DNA of 64,000 bases from an uncultured Candidatus Actinomarina sp. Lineage in GTDB: Bacteria; Actinomycetota; Acidimicrobiia; Actinomarinales; Actinomarinaceae. Location: the NCBI GenBank assembly GCA_902565645.1, contig CACFFJ010000004.1, forward strand, positions 195 to 64,194. Reading direction: 5' to 3'. A model generated the notes under the pieces. That model saw only the letters and a program-made list of their open reading frames with translations, searched no databases and was not told the origin of the DNA. Positions 17,845-28,610 of this stretch are shown here, in pieces (the stretch's first letter is position 1; each line of letters starts with the position of its first letter). Both the position numbers and the translations under genes were made by a program.

Positions 17845-18399
17845 GTGAGTAAATTATTTTTGCGACATGGAGAAGTGGAAAATAAGAAAGATATTTTTTA
17901 TGGCTCACTTCCCGGTTTTAAATTAAGTAAAAAAGGAGAACAACAAGCATTATCTGCTGCAAATTACATTGCAAAAAATTTTGAAATTAAATATATATAC
18001 TCTTCTCCCCTGCTTAGAGCAAGACAAACAGCTGAACCTTTAGCACAATTATTAGGGATTGAAGTAACGGTCACAAATAATTTAATTGAGTGGGGTGGAA
18101 TAGAAAATTGGAAAGGAAGAACTTTTAGTGAATTCGCAAATAGCGATGAGTATAGACTCTACATCAAAGACCCACTAACTATTTCAAATACTGAAGAATC
18201 GTATCTAGAAGTTTATGAGAGAGTAAATAAATTTTGTAAAGATAAACATGAATGTGTCTTTATAAGTCATCAAGATACTATTCGATCATTTACATACTAT
18301 GAACTTGATGGCAAAGATTTTAATTCAGATAAACCTGAACATTGTGACATACATGAAATAATTAATAATAAGCTTAAAAAACATACTCACCTTGTTTAA
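17845..18399 (+). CDS. Histidine phosphatase (phosphoglycerate mutase-like) family protein
   Basis: LFLRHGEVEN catalytic RHG motif and SSPLLRARQTAEPL. I trimmed the start to in-frame GTG 17845, because tracked start 17692 would overlap the divergent DUF3040 gene by 115 nt. Confidence 0.8.
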   Translation: MSKLFLRHGEVENKKDIFYGSLPGFKLSKKGEQQALSAANYIAKNFEIKYIYSSPLLRARQTAEPLAQLLGIEVTVTNNLIEWGGIENWKGRTFSEFANSDEYRLYIKDPLTISNTEESYLEVYERVNKFCKDKHECVFISHQDTIRSFTYYELDGKDFNSDKPEHCDIHEIINNKLKKHTHLV

Positions 18400-18611
18400 G
18401 TTAATATATAATATAAAATAATTAAGCTTAAACCATAAGAACTACAAAAACCAACACTACCAACTATTGGTTCTAGAGATTTTAAAAACTTAGTTTCAAC
18501 TTTTCCTAGATAAAAAACAACTAATCTTTTACTAAATATAAATGAAAATACACCAGCAACTATAAAGTAAACAAAGCTCATTAATGATAGCCAAGGGTTA
18601 ACAAAATCCAT
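18396..18611 (-). CDS. Small hypothetical membrane protein (2 TM)
   Basis: 71 aa hydrophobic ORF that fills the gap exactly. No recognisable family. Confidence 0.4.
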   Translation of the reverse strand: MDFVNPWLSLMSFVYFIVAGVFSFIFSKRLVVFYLGKVETKFLKSLEPIVGSVGFCSSYGLSLIILYYILT

Positions 18612-18634
18612 ACTAAGGTAAACTTAATATTTAA

Positions 18635-18868
18635 ATGGAATTTAGCAAGAAAACAAAAATAATTTTTTATACGCTTGTTTTAATATTTTCAACATATATT
18701 GGCTATATACTAGGAAACGCCTTTTGTACGAATAACTGTTTTCTTAGTGTTCTATCAAATGTACTTCTAACGAACCTCATAACATTATCTGGTGTATATG
18801 TTTTAATCAATTTATCTGAAAAATCAATCACGGAATGGAATGAAGAACATCAAGACGAAGAAGAATGA
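18635..18868 (+). CDS. Small hypothetical membrane protein (2 TM, acidic tail)
   Basis: 77 aa ORF with two hydrophobic segments and a C-terminal EEHQDEEE tail. No recognisable family. Confidence 0.4.
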   Translation: MEFSKKTKIIFYTLVLIFSTYIGYILGNAFCTNNCFLSVLSNVLLTNLITLSGVYVLINLSEKSITEWNEEHQDEEE

Positions 18869-19893
18869 ACTATAGCATCGACTATTTTATCTAGATCTTC
18901 TTGATTTACATCTTTATGAATAACCAGCCTAACAATATTTTTCCTTATAAATCCTGATCTAATATTTTGATCTTCAAGTTTTTTAATAAAATTACTGGAA
19001 ACGGTCATGTCTTCAAATGAAAGGAAAATCATATTAGTATCTTTATAACTAATGGTTTCGATTAAATTTAGTTCTTCTTCTCTTTCTTTAAGTTTTTGAT
19101 AGATAAATTTTGTATTTTCATGATCTTTCAAAATATGCTCCCTGTTCTCTATTGCATATCTTGCAGCTGAAGCAATAACCCCAGCCTGTCTCATTCCGCC
19201 ACCTAGTTTTTTTCGATATTCTCTTGAATCTTCAATAAATTCATGACTTCCTAATAAAATTGATCCTACAGGTGCACCAAGAGCTTTGGAAAAGCAGAAT
19301 GTTAGACTATCCGTATAACTACCGTAATCATAGCCTTTATCTTCTACTAGTATTGCATGCCAAACTCTAGCACCATCTATATGTAGATTCATATCATTTT
19401 CTTTAGCAATATCAGATATAGATTTAATATTTTCGTATGGAACAATGCTCCCTCCTGAAGCTAAGTGAGTATTCTCAATAACAACCGTAGAAACTTTAGG
19501 TTTGTGGATCTTAGAAGCTTCAATAATTTGAGTTAAATCTTCATTACTAATTGATCCATCTGTGTTTTTAACATCTCTAAATTGTATTCTCGATAAAAAA
19601 GAAGCAGCTCCATGTTCATAGTTCTTTATATGTGAATCAGAAGTTGTAACAACTTCTTCACCAGGGTTAGTGTGGTTAAGTAAAGCTATTTGATTACCCA
19701 TTGTTCCAGAAGTAACAAAAAGACCTGATTCAAAACCTAATAGTTTTGCACAATACTCTTCTAATTCATTTACTGTAGGATCTTCTCTATATTCATCGTC
19801 ACCAAGTTGTGCAGATAAAATACTTTCTAGCATGTCTTTAGTTGGTTTAGTTACAGTATCAGAACGTAAGTCAATCATATTCAATTTTATCAT
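18850..19893 (-). CDS. ltaE: Low-specificity L-threonine aldolase
   Basis: IDLRSDTVTKPT N-terminus and PLP-dependent aldolase fold. The start may be the second Met at 19878. Confidence 0.85.
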   Translation of the reverse strand: MIKLNMIDLRSDTVTKPTKDMLESILSAQLGDDEYREDPTVNELEEYCAKLLGFESGLFVTSGTMGNQIALLNHTNPGEEVVTTSDSHIKNYEHGAASFLSRIQFRDVKNTDGSISNEDLTQIIEASKIHKPKVSTVVIENTHLASGGSIVPYENIKSISDIAKENDMNLHIDGARVWHAILVEDKGYDYGSYTDSLTFCFSKALGAPVGSILLGSHEFIEDSREYRKKLGGGMRQAGVIASAARYAIENREHILKDHENTKFIYQKLKEREEELNLIETISYKDTNMIFLSFEDMTVSSNFIKKLEDQNIRSGFIRKNIVRLVIHKDVNQEDLDKIVDAIVHSSSS

Positions 19894-20581
19894 CTAATAT
19901 ATTTTGTATTTGGTTATAAAACTGATCTAAGCTTGAATCTTTCAAAATATAAATTAATTCAATATTTGAATCAAAATTTTTAAAGTAATTATTTTCACCA
20001 ATGTGTATACATTGACTTAAGTTACCTATTGGATTTTTAATTTTTTTATATATTTCTGATTTAATTTCTAGATTCATTTTTGAAATCCCCCATTGATTTA
20101 TTCCTAATGAATATTTTCTAATTAGATTGAGTTTAGATTTTGAATTTCCACCAAGAAATAGATTGTTCCCATCAATAGAAAAAGTATTGCTTTTTAATAA
20201 TTTTTTAATTACTTCATCTATTTCATTTTGATAATTTACTTTCATTTCTTCAAATTTATTATCACCTGTTCCAAGTCCTAATTTGAAATTCTTTATTTCA
20301 AGAAAGGGATCTAAGTAGTCATAAAATAATTTTTCTGAATTTCTTTTATTTATATTAAAAATTAAAGTACCAATATTAAATAAACGATCTTTATAATTTT
20401 CTAACTCAAATACTGATTTTTTTATTTCATACATATCATCTTTTTTATTTAATGGATTTAAAGTATGGTCAAATAAATATAATGTGTGTATTTCTTTTTG
20501 ATTTAAATATTGTATTTTTCTTTTTGATTCTATATTAAAAAAAGAGCCTGGTAGTAAAACAGATTTAATTTGATTACTCAT
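19871..20581 (-). CDS. Hypothetical protein (weak luciferase-like/LLM resemblance)
   Basis: 236 aa, translationally coupled on both sides. The only motif seen is LGLGTGDNKFE, which resembles LGVGTGENINE in the LLM oxidoreductase at 35042. Confidence 0.35.
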   Translation of the reverse strand: MSNQIKSVLLPGSFFNIESKRKIQYLNQKEIHTLYLFDHTLNPLNKKDDMYEIKKSVFELENYKDRLFNIGTLIFNINKRNSEKLFYDYLDPFLEIKNFKLGLGTGDNKFEEMKVNYQNEIDEVIKKLLKSNTFSIDGNNLFLGGNSKSKLNLIRKYSLGINQWGISKMNLEIKSEIYKKIKNPIGNLSQCIHIGENNYFKNFDSNIELIYILKDSSLDQFYNQIQNILDDKIEYD

Positions 20582-21482
20582 TTAATGCTAAAATTGCAGC
20601 TCCTAGAACTCCAGAATCTGATTTGAAATTGCTAATCTCTATTAAAGGAAATCTTCTTGCTTCAAACTTATAATTATCTTCTATATATTCATTAAGTAAA
20701 CTTTTGAGGTCATATGGATTGTCAGCCATAGCTCCACCTAATAGAAAGATATCGTTATTAAATATTTCAAAAATTGAAACCAAACCTCTGCTTAAATAAA
20801 ATAGTAAATTTTCTCTTACTTCTAATTCTTTAGGAGTTAATTTAATAGATTTGTCAAAAATTATTGACCCAATACCTAATTTATCATAAGCTTTTGACAA
20901 TTCAGTACTCTTATCTATTATATTTAGCTCATTACATTTTTCTGTCCACACTCTTGCTGAGACTATAGATTCTAAACAACCTGTTTTTCCACAATTACAT
21001 ATATTATTTTGATTATCAGATACTAAAATGTGACCTATCTCTCCAGCACTACCAGCTCCTCTGTAAAGTTTTCCTTCTAATATAATCCCTCCACCAATAC
21101 CTGTCCCAAAAGTAAGCATTATTAAATTGTTATATTCATTTTTATATTTTTGAATATATTCAGCATAAGCTGCTACATTTCCGTCATTATCTAAATAAAA
21201 ATTGTCTGAATTAAAATTTATTATTTTTTTGAAATCTATTTCAAATTTAATGTTTGTTCCATAAAGAAACTTATTTTCATTTTTATTAATAAATCCTGGC
21301 ATAGCAATAGATATTTTTTCATAATCATCTTTGTAAGACTCAATTATCTCATTTATAGCATTCAAAAACTCGATTTCATTATTGGGTGTATCTAGGATGC
21401 CTTTCTTAACAATTTCTAAGCTACTTGATACAATCCCATATTTCATGGACGTACCTCCAACATCAAATGCTAAAACATTCAT
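20574..21482 (-). CDS. ROK family sugar kinase (glucokinase-like)
   Basis: AFDVGGTSMKYG ATPase N-terminus and ROK zinc motif CNCGKTGCLES. Confidence 0.85.
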   Translation of the reverse strand: MNVLAFDVGGTSMKYGIVSSSLEIVKKGILDTPNNEIEFLNAINEIIESYKDDYEKISIAMPGFINKNENKFLYGTNIKFEIDFKKIINFNSDNFYLDNDGNVAAYAEYIQKYKNEYNNLIMLTFGTGIGGGIILEGKLYRGAGSAGEIGHILVSDNQNNICNCGKTGCLESIVSARVWTEKCNELNIIDKSTELSKAYDKLGIGSIIFDKSIKLTPKELEVRENLLFYLSRGLVSIFEIFNNDIFLLGGAMADNPYDLKSLLNEYIEDNYKFEARRFPLIEISNFKSDSGVLGAAILALNE

Positions 21483-22248
21483 ATATCTAATGATGATAAT
21501 TCCAAATAATTGCTACTAGCTCTAAAATATCCCACATTTAAACAGATTGTTTCTCCAATCCTCCATTCAGTAGCTCTTGGTTGATGAACATCACCAAATA
21601 ATGAAAATTTTGGTTGTTTATTAATAATGTATTCCCTAAGGCTTTGCCACCCTTGTTCCTTCTTGTTTGTAATTACATCAGTAATTAACTCATCAATCAA
21701 GGGTGGAGCGTGGGTGCATATGATGTCAACATTATCTATATTGTTTAATTTTATATAAAAATCTTCCTCCGATATCTCACCTCTTGCGTTTATAGGTGTT
21801 GGTACACCACCTCCTGCAAAACCAATTTTCTTATTGTTATGATCTAGAACAAGCCCATCTACATTTTCAACATTTTTTGTTTTTGTTGATTCAAGAATAG
21901 ATAGTGAGTCGACATTACCGGGTATTACCCATACTTGATAATTTTTTAATATTTCAAAAACCTCTACATATTGTTTAAGAATAAGATCTTCTATTTTCTT
22001 CTTTTTTCCTTCAGGATCATCCGAAAATAATTCATTCCACAAATTTTTTCTTTCTTTAAAATTATGATTTTTTCTAAGTTCTATTAATTTATTAATTTTT
22101 TCATCTCCAAAAACTTCCTTAGCTATTCCATCTCCATTTCTATAATCAATCCAATTTATTAAATCGCCTAATATCACTAACGGTTCGTTAGTTTCTGGTA
22201 ATTTTTTAATGAGTCTATACCGTGATGAATGTCTGATATGAATAACAT
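21479..22248 (-). pseudogene. Metallophosphoesterase interrupted by a 1-nt frame change in an A6 tract
   Basis: The frame from ATG 22248 gives MLFISDIHHGIDSLKN (DxH motif) and stops at 22179..22177. The tracked ORF from GTG 22177, read upstream in its own frame, gives LIKKLPETNEPLVILGDL (GD motif). The span is 770 nt, not a multiple of 3. Confidence 0.75.
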
Positions 22249-22259
22249 TTATATTTTAA

Positions 22260-23636
22260 CTAGCCCGTTACAGCTCCTCTATCAGCTCCTGTAACTAATT
22301 TCGAATACTTGTTTAGTACCCCTGATTTATATCTAGGTTCTGGATATTTATAATTTTTAAGTCGATTTTCAATTTCTGATTTTTCTATATTCAGATTTAA
22401 TTCTCTATTTTTAAGGTTCAAAGAAATTTCATCCCCATTTTCACAAATTCCAATTGGTCCTTTATCGATGCTTTCAGGAGTAACATGTCCAATGCATAAT
22501 CCGGTTGTGCCTCCTGAGAACCTTCCGTCTGTTATAAGCAATACATCCTTTCCTAAGCCGGCTCCTTTCATTGCGGCTGTAATTTGTAGCATCTCTCTCA
22601 TACCAGGTCCTCCTTTTGGTCCTTCGTTTCTGATAACTACAACGTCTCCTTTATTAATTTTTTGATTATATAAAGCTTCTAAAGCTTCCTGTTCACTTTC
22701 AAAAACATTTGCAGGCCCTGTAAATGTATCAATTTCTATACCTGCAACTTTTACAACTGATCCATTTGGAGATAAAGAACCTTTTAGTATTGCAAGACCC
22801 CCTTCCTCTGAGATAGGGTTATCAGGAAAGTAAATCACATCTTGATTTTTTGGGATTTCAATATCCTCTAGATTATCTCCAACAGTCTTCCCGGTTACAG
22901 TCATGCAATTTGGTTCTAATAAATTATTTTCTAAAAGAATTTTAGAGACTACAGGGACTCCACCAATTTTATCTAAATCAACCATATGATATTTACCAAA
23001 AGGTTTCATATCTCCTAAATGTGGCACATTTCTTGCTAATTTATCAAATACATCAATGTTTAAATCTACTTTTGCTTCGTGTGCAATAGCTAGCAAATGA
23101 AGTACAGCATTAGTACTACCTCCTAATGCTAAAACTGTACTAATTGCATTATAAAAAGCTTCAATTGTCATGATATCCCTAGGTTTTATATCATTTTGTA
23201 ACAAGAAATTTAACTGCTCACCCGTTTCTCTAGCTGCATCCCTTAATCTTTTATCTTCAGCTTGTATAGAAGCAGTGCCCGGCAAACTCATACCTATTGC
23301 CTCTCCCACTGAAGCCATAGTGTTTGCTGTAAACATTCCAGCACATGAGCCTTGTCCTGGACAGGCTGCACACTCAATTTCATACAACTCTTCTTCGGTA
23401 ATTAACCCTTTATCAAAAGCTCCTATTCCTTCAAATACATCAACTATAGATATATCTTTACCTTGATACTGGCCTGGTAAACTACTCCCTCCATACAGGA
23501 ATATAGAAGGTCGGTTTATTCTTGCAGAAGCCATTAACATGCCGGGTAATGACTTATCACATCCCGCTATTGTCACCATTCCATCAAACCTTTCAGCATG
23601 CATAACAAGCTCTACTGAATCAGAGAAAATATTCCA
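22260..23636 (-). pseudogene. ilvD: Dihydroxy-acid dehydratase, 5'-truncated (about 110-120 N-terminal codons missing)
   Basis: Sequence from ...[30 protein letters not shown] to the C-terminus is typical IlvD. There is an in-frame TAA at 23637..23639 and no upstream continuation. First ATG at 23603. Confidence 0.85.
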
Positions 23637-23963
23637 TTAAAAATAGTTGTTTTCAACAATGGAAACCATGGAATGGTAAGGCAATGGCAAAAAATATTTT
23701 ATAATCACAGATTCTCAGCATCAGAATTATCTCACCATACACCTGATTATGTAGCACTCGCTGAAGCAATGGGTGCCGTTGGATTAAGAATGGTTGAAAA
23801 ATCAGATGTAAATAGAGTTTTCGAAGAAATGTTTAAAATTGACGACAGACCTGTCTTGGTTGATTGTGTAGTCGATCCTGATGATATGGTATTCCCAATG
23901 GTTCCGGCGGGAGGTAGCAACGATGTAGTACTTTTAAATAAGGATGACTTAAAAAAATTATGA
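23619..23963 (+). pseudogene. ilvB: Acetolactate synthase large subunit, C-terminal ~110-codon remnant
   Basis: [24 protein letters not shown]...PDYVALAEAMGAVGLR...PMVPAGGSN is the end of the ThDP-binding domain. There is an in-frame TGA at 23616..23618. About 450-500 N-terminal codons are absent. Confidence 0.85.
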
Positions 23964-24433
23964 GTGAAAGAATATTGAGTATATTAGTTGAAGATAAGCC
24001 TGGTGTTTTAGCCAGAGTAGCATCAACAATATCTAGAAGGGGCTTCAACATAAATTCGCTTGCAGTAGGTCCGACAAATGTTGAAGGTAGGTCAAAAATG
24101 ACAATTGTTACAGAGCTTGAATCTGTTGAGCAAGTAAAGAAACAGTTAAATAAATTAGTAAATGTCATTAAAATAGTTGAACTTGATCCTGAAAATACAA
24201 TTGAATCAGAAGTATTGCTAATAAAGGTATCCATAAACAAAGAAACACAAACTTCTGTTATTGAAAAAGCTAATCTGTCAGGAGCTAAATCAGTTGACGT
24301 AGGTCAAGATTATGCAGTATTTGAGCTAACAGGAACCTCAAAAGAGCTAATTAAATTTGAAAAATTATTAAAACCATACGGAATTATTGAAATGATAAGA
24401 ACTGGAAGAATTGCCATCCAGACAAAACTTTAG
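23960..24433 (+). CDS. ilvN: Acetolactate synthase small (regulatory) subunit
   Basis: ACT domain [35 protein letters not shown]. Confidence 0.92.
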   Translation: MSERILSILVEDKPGVLARVASTISRRGFNINSLAVGPTNVEGRSKMTIVTELESVEQVKKQLNKLVNVIKIVELDPENTIESEVLLIKVSINKETQTSVIEKANLSGAKSVDVGQDYAVFELTGTSKELIKFEKLLKPYGIIEMIRTGRIAIQTKL

Positions 24434-24441
24434 GAGGATTA

Positions 24442-25458
24442 GTGGAAAGTAAAATAATTTACGATAAAGATATAAATCAAGAATTAATTAAGTCTAAAAA
24501 AGTAGCAATAATTGGTTTTGGTAGCCAAGGACATGCACATGCGCTAAATCTTCATGAATCTGGAGTAGACGTAGTTGTAGGTCTTAGGGAGTCATCTGAA
24601 TCATATAAAAGAGCATCCGATATGGGATTGAAAGTAGCAAACTTAAAAGACGCAACTTCAAGTTCAGATGTTGTTATGCTGTTGTTGCCTGATCAACTAA
24701 TGGCTGACATATATAATAATGACATTGCTCCTCACATGAAAGATGGGGCAACGCTTCTTTTTGCTCACGGTTTTAATATTCATTTTGGAGAGATAATACC
24801 CAGAGAAGACATATCAGTAGCAATGATAGCCCCTAAAGGTCCAGGTCACTTATTAAGAAGGACTTATAAAGAAGAATCTGGTATGCCATGTTTAGTTGCG
24901 GTTGAAACAGATGTGAATGGTAAAACATTTGACCTTGCACTTTCTTATGCGTCAGGTATCGGAGGTGGCAGAGCAGGTGTGCTAAAAACTACTTTTAAAG
25001 AAGAAACCGAAACAGACTTATTTGGTGAACAAGTTGTATTATGTGGAGGTCTTACAGAGCTAATTAGAAATGGATTTGAAACTTTAGTAGAAGCTGGTTA
25101 TCAACCAGAAAGTGCTTATTTTGAAACTTTACATGAAGTAAAACTTATAGTTGACCTAATGTATGAAGGCGGGTTTGAATGGATGAGACATTCAATATCA
25201 GATACAGCTGAATATGGAGATTTTTCAAGAGGTTCAAGAATAATAACTGAAGAAACTAAAAAAGAAATGAAAAAGGTACTTGAAGAAATACAATCTGGAG
25301 CATTTGCTAAAGAATGGATGGCACAAGCAAGAGAAGGAGCACCATTTCTTAATGAGAAAAGAGAAGAAGCATCAAAACATCAACTTGAAAATATTGGAAA
25401 AGAGTTAAGAGGAATGATGCCTTTTCTGGATGCAAAGGATGTTAGAAAAGACATATGA
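24442..25458 (+). CDS. ilvC: Ketol-acid reductoisomerase (class I)
   Basis: [15 protein letters not shown] Rossmann motif. GTG start preceded by AGGAGG. Confidence 0.96.
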   Translation: MESKIIYDKDINQELIKSKKVAIIGFGSQGHAHALNLHESGVDVVVGLRESSESYKRASDMGLKVANLKDATSSSDVVMLLLPDQLMADIYNNDIAPHMKDGATLLFAHGFNIHFGEIIPREDISVAMIAPKGPGHLLRRTYKEESGMPCLVAVETDVNGKTFDLALSYASGIGGGRAGVLKTTFKEETETDLFGEQVVLCGGLTELIRNGFETLVEAGYQPESAYFETLHEVKLIVDLMYEGGFEWMRHSISDTAEYGDFSRGSRIITEETKKEMKKVLEEIQSGAFAKEWMAQAREGAPFLNEKREEASKHQLENIGKELRGMMPFLDAKDVRKDI

Positions 25459-26945
25459 GTTCAGATCAATTAATAATTTTTGATACAACCTTGAGGGATG
25501 GTGAACAAAGTCCAGGTATAGCTCTTACTCCATCTGAAAAACTTTTAATAGCTCAACAATTGGAAAAATTAAAAGTAGATGTAATTGAAGCTGGTTTTGC
25601 TGCATCGTCTCCCGGAGACTGGGAAGGAGTTAATCTAATTGCTAAAAATGTTAAAAATTCAACAATAGCTTCATTAGCAAGATGTGTAGCAGATGATATA
25701 GACCAATCATGGGAAGCAATTAAAATTGCAAATAAATCTAGGATACATGTATTTACTTCAACTTCTGATATACATATGGAACATATGCTTAGAAAAAGCA
25801 AAGAAGAAGTCCTTAAAGACGCTAGAGAATCTGTAAAATATGCAAAAAAACTTTGTGAAGATATAGAATTTTCTGCACAAGATGCAACAAGGACAGATAA
25901 GGATTTCTTAATAGAAATATTAAAAGCAGCTGTTGAGGAAGGGGCTACAACAATAAACGTACCTGATACAGTTGGTTATGCTACCCCATCAGATTATTTA
26001 GAGCTCTTAAAAGGTGTCTATGACGAAGTTAAAGGTAAAAATGATGATATTATCATATCTACACATTGTCATAATGATCTTGGATTGGCAGTCGCTAACT
26101 CTTTAACTGCAATTACAGCTGGCGCTAGACAGATAGAAGGTGCTATAAACGGTATTGGGGAAAGAGCTGGCAATACCTCTACTGAAGAAATAATAATGGC
26201 AGTAAAGACAAGGCAGGACCAATATGGAGTAGATATTAAAGCTGAAACTACTGAAATTTTAGAAACTTCAAGACTTGTTTCAAAATTAACAGGATATCCG
26301 GTTCAATTCAATAAGGCAGTTGTCGGAAAAAATGCATTTAGCCATGAATCAGGTATACATCAACACGGTTACCTGCGTAACAAAATGACTTATGAGATTA
26401 TGACCCCAGATTCAGTAGGGCAAGAAGCAAAAATAATATTAGGGAAACATTCAGGAAGAGCTGGCTTTAAAGACGCATTAGATAAATTAAATATTGAACT
26501 AGATGAAGAATCATTTAATTCAAGTTTTGAAACATTCAAAAAGCTTGCAGATAGAAAAGGTGAAATTGTAGAAAATGAGCTACGAGCAATTGTAGGTCAA
26601 GTTCCTTCTCAATCAGGTTCAGTTAAATTAGTTTCTGTATCAGTTAACAGTAAGGATGATTTTGCATCTGCAAGTGTAACCTTAAATGTACAAGGTGAAG
26701 AGCAAACTGAAAGTGCTGAAGGTGATGGAATGATTGACGCTGCATTTACTGCAGTTAAGAAAATCTTGAAGTCAAAAGCAAAATTAATTGACTATAAGGT
26801 CGACAGTATCACCAAGGGTTCAGATTCAACAGCAGAAATAGTAACCATTGTTAATGACGGTCATAATTTAAAACAAGGAAGAGCAGTATCAACTGATGTT
26901 GTACAAGGTTCAGTAGAATCTTTCTTAAATGCTCTTAATAAGTAG
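25455..26945 (+). CDS. leuA: 2-isopropylmalate synthase
   Basis: [14 protein letters not shown] and [13 protein letters not shown] motifs, plus a C-terminal LeuA dimerisation/regulatory domain. Confidence 0.95.
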   Translation: MSSDQLIIFDTTLRDGEQSPGIALTPSEKLLIAQQLEKLKVDVIEAGFAASSPGDWEGVNLIAKNVKNSTIASLARCVADDIDQSWEAIKIANKSRIHVFTSTSDIHMEHMLRKSKEEVLKDARESVKYAKKLCEDIEFSAQDATRTDKDFLIEILKAAVEEGATTINVPDTVGYATPSDYLELLKGVYDEVKGKNDDIIISTHCHNDLGLAVANSLTAITAGARQIEGAINGIGERAGNTSTEEIIMAVKTRQDQYGVDIKAETTEILETSRLVSKLTGYPVQFNKAVVGKNAFSHESGIHQHGYLRNKMTYEIMTPDSVGQEAKIILGKHSGRAGFKDALDKLNIELDEESFNSSFETFKKLADRKGEIVENELRAIVGQVPSQSGSVKLVSVSVNSKDDFASASVTLNVQGEEQTESAEGDGMIDAAFTAVKKILKSKAKLIDYKVDSITKGSDSTAEIVTIVNDGHNLKQGRAVSTDVVQGSVESFLNALNK

Positions 26946-26947
26946 AA

Positions 26948-28015
26948 ATGAATAAATATAATATATCCCTCCTGCCAGGAGACGGTACAGGGCCTGAAGT
27001 AGTTAACGAAGCAGTAAAAATTCTAAATAAGACACAATCTAAATATAATGTTGAATTTAACTTTATTAAAAATGATCTAGGTGGAGATAGATATTTAAAA
27101 TCAAACGAACTTGTAACAACTAAAGACCTCGAAGATCTTGGAAATAGTGATGCAATATTACTTGGAGCAATAGGTCATCCTGATGTAAAGCCAGGAATAT
27201 TAGAGCAAGGAATATTGCTTTATCTAAGAAAAGAATTTGATCAATATATAAATTTAAGGCCTGTAATTTTATATCCTGGAATTGAAACTCCCCTAGCTGG
27301 AAAAACTCCAGAAGATATAAATTTCACTGTTGTCAGAGAAAATACTGAAGGTCTTTATGCAGGCGCAGGAGGTTATATTCATTATGGAACAGAAAATGAA
27401 GTTGCAACACAAGAATCTATTAACACATGGAAAGCCATAAATAGATGCATAATTTATGCATTTGAATATGCAAAAGCAAATAAAAGAAAGAAAGTAACTT
27501 TATGCGCTAAAACTAATGTTTTGACTTATGCCCATGATTTGTGGGAAAGAATATTTTACCAAGTGGCTGAAAATTATCCTGATATAGAAACTGACTACGG
27601 ACACGTAGATGCTGTTTGTATGTGGATGGTTAAAAATCCAGAATGGTTTGATGTAATAGTTACAGATAACATGTTTGGTGACATAATCACAGATCTAGGA
27701 GCAATGATTCAAGGTGGTATGGGTATTGCTGCAGGAGGAAACATAAATCCAGAAGGTGTTTCAATGTTTGAACCTATAGGAGGGTCAGCGCCTAAATATA
27801 CAGATAAAAATGTTATAAACCCTCTAGCTTGTATTGCAGCGACATCAATGATGCTTAAAGAATTAGGTGAGGATAAATATGCTAAAGACATTGAAGAAGG
27901 GATAATTCAAACAGCTCAAAAATTAGAATCACTTTCAGCTGGTAAAATGGGCATGAGCACTTCTGATGTAGGTGATGAAGTAGTTAAATCATTATTAGAT
28001 AAAAATAATGAATAA
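26948..28015 (+). CDS. leuB: 3-isopropylmalate dehydrogenase
   Basis: [12 protein letters not shown]-terminus and [10 protein letters not shown] signature. Confidence 0.95.
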   Translation: MNKYNISLLPGDGTGPEVVNEAVKILNKTQSKYNVEFNFIKNDLGGDRYLKSNELVTTKDLEDLGNSDAILLGAIGHPDVKPGILEQGILLYLRKEFDQYINLRPVILYPGIETPLAGKTPEDINFTVVRENTEGLYAGAGGYIHYGTENEVATQESINTWKAINRCIIYAFEYAKANKRKKVTLCAKTNVLTYAHDLWERIFYQVAENYPDIETDYGHVDAVCMWMVKNPEWFDVIVTDNMFGDIITDLGAMIQGGMGIAAGGNINPEGVSMFEPIGGSAPKYTDKNVINPLACIAATSMMLKELGEDKYAKDIEEGIIQTAQKLESLSAGKMGMSTSDVGDEVVKSLLDKNNE

Positions 28016-28610
28016 TGAAGAAACTTATCTTCATGGATTATTAAAAAAAAGAAAAGTAGTTAGAAATTATATTCAAACAAATAAAAAATATCCAAATCTC
28101 AAAAAGGTTGCTGATTATGCAATTAAAATACCGACAGCAGGATTTGCAAGAGGTATAGAAATAATAAATGTTTCTAGTAAAGAAAATATAGAAAAACTTG
28201 CTAAATTGTCAAATGAAGAATCCTATGTTGAAAAAGGATTTGATAAGTGGATATCTAATTCATTATCGATTTTTGTAATATTGGTAAATGAAAATGCATA
28301 CCATGAAAGGTATGCGCAAATGGATAAAGAAAGTGTTACAAATTCATCTAATTGGGATATCCCCTATTGGTATGTTGATGCTGGAGCTGCAATGATGAAC
28401 TGTATGTTATTGATTGAAGAAATGAATTTAAAAAGTGGATTTATGGGATCTCATAATATGAAAATTGATGGAATAAAATCACTATTACAAATTGAAGAAA
28501 GTTATAAAATATTAGGCTTCGTTACTGCTGGAGTAGAAGGAAACGTTAATACTAAAAAAAAAGACACAACGAAAAAAAAGTTAACTCACGATGAGTATTT
28601 TAAAAAATAA
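28008..28610 (+). CDS. Nitroreductase-superfamily protein
   Basis: LLKKRKVVRNY N-terminus and overall size typical of the FMN nitroreductase fold. Weak assignment. Confidence 0.5.
   Translation: MNNEETYLHGLLKKRKVVRNYIQTNKKYPNLKKVADYAIKIPTAGFARGIEIINVSSKENIEKLAKLSNEESYVEKGFDKWISNSLSIFVILVNENAYHERYAQMDKESVTNSSNWDIPYWYVDAGAAMMNCMLLIEEMNLKSGFMGSHNMKIDGIKSLLQIEESYKILGFVTAGVEGNVNTKKKDTTKKKLTHDEYFKK

Noticed and set aside
22196-22210. Programmed -1 ribosomal frameshifting as the primary explanation for the split metallophosphoesterase
   Set aside because: The A_AAA_AAT heptamer fits formally. However, I see no downstream pseudoknot or hairpin and no upstream SD-like stimulator, and there is no precedent I know of in this enzyme family. 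A homopolymer indel, whether real or a sequencing error, is more parsimonious. I kept it as an alternative in the finding.
23833-24240. 135-aa minus-strand ORF overlapping the ilvB remnant and ilvN
   Set aside because: It is antisense to a well-supported ACT-domain ilvN gene, has no recognisable motifs, and has Ser/Thr/Phe-rich shadow-ORF composition.
28554-28562. A9 tract near the 3' end of the nitroreductase-like gene as a phase-variation or slippage site
   Set aside because: It encodes a Lys-rich C-terminal tail (NTKKKDTTKKK) in an intact frame. A frame change would affect only the last few residues. Such tracts are expected in this base composition.
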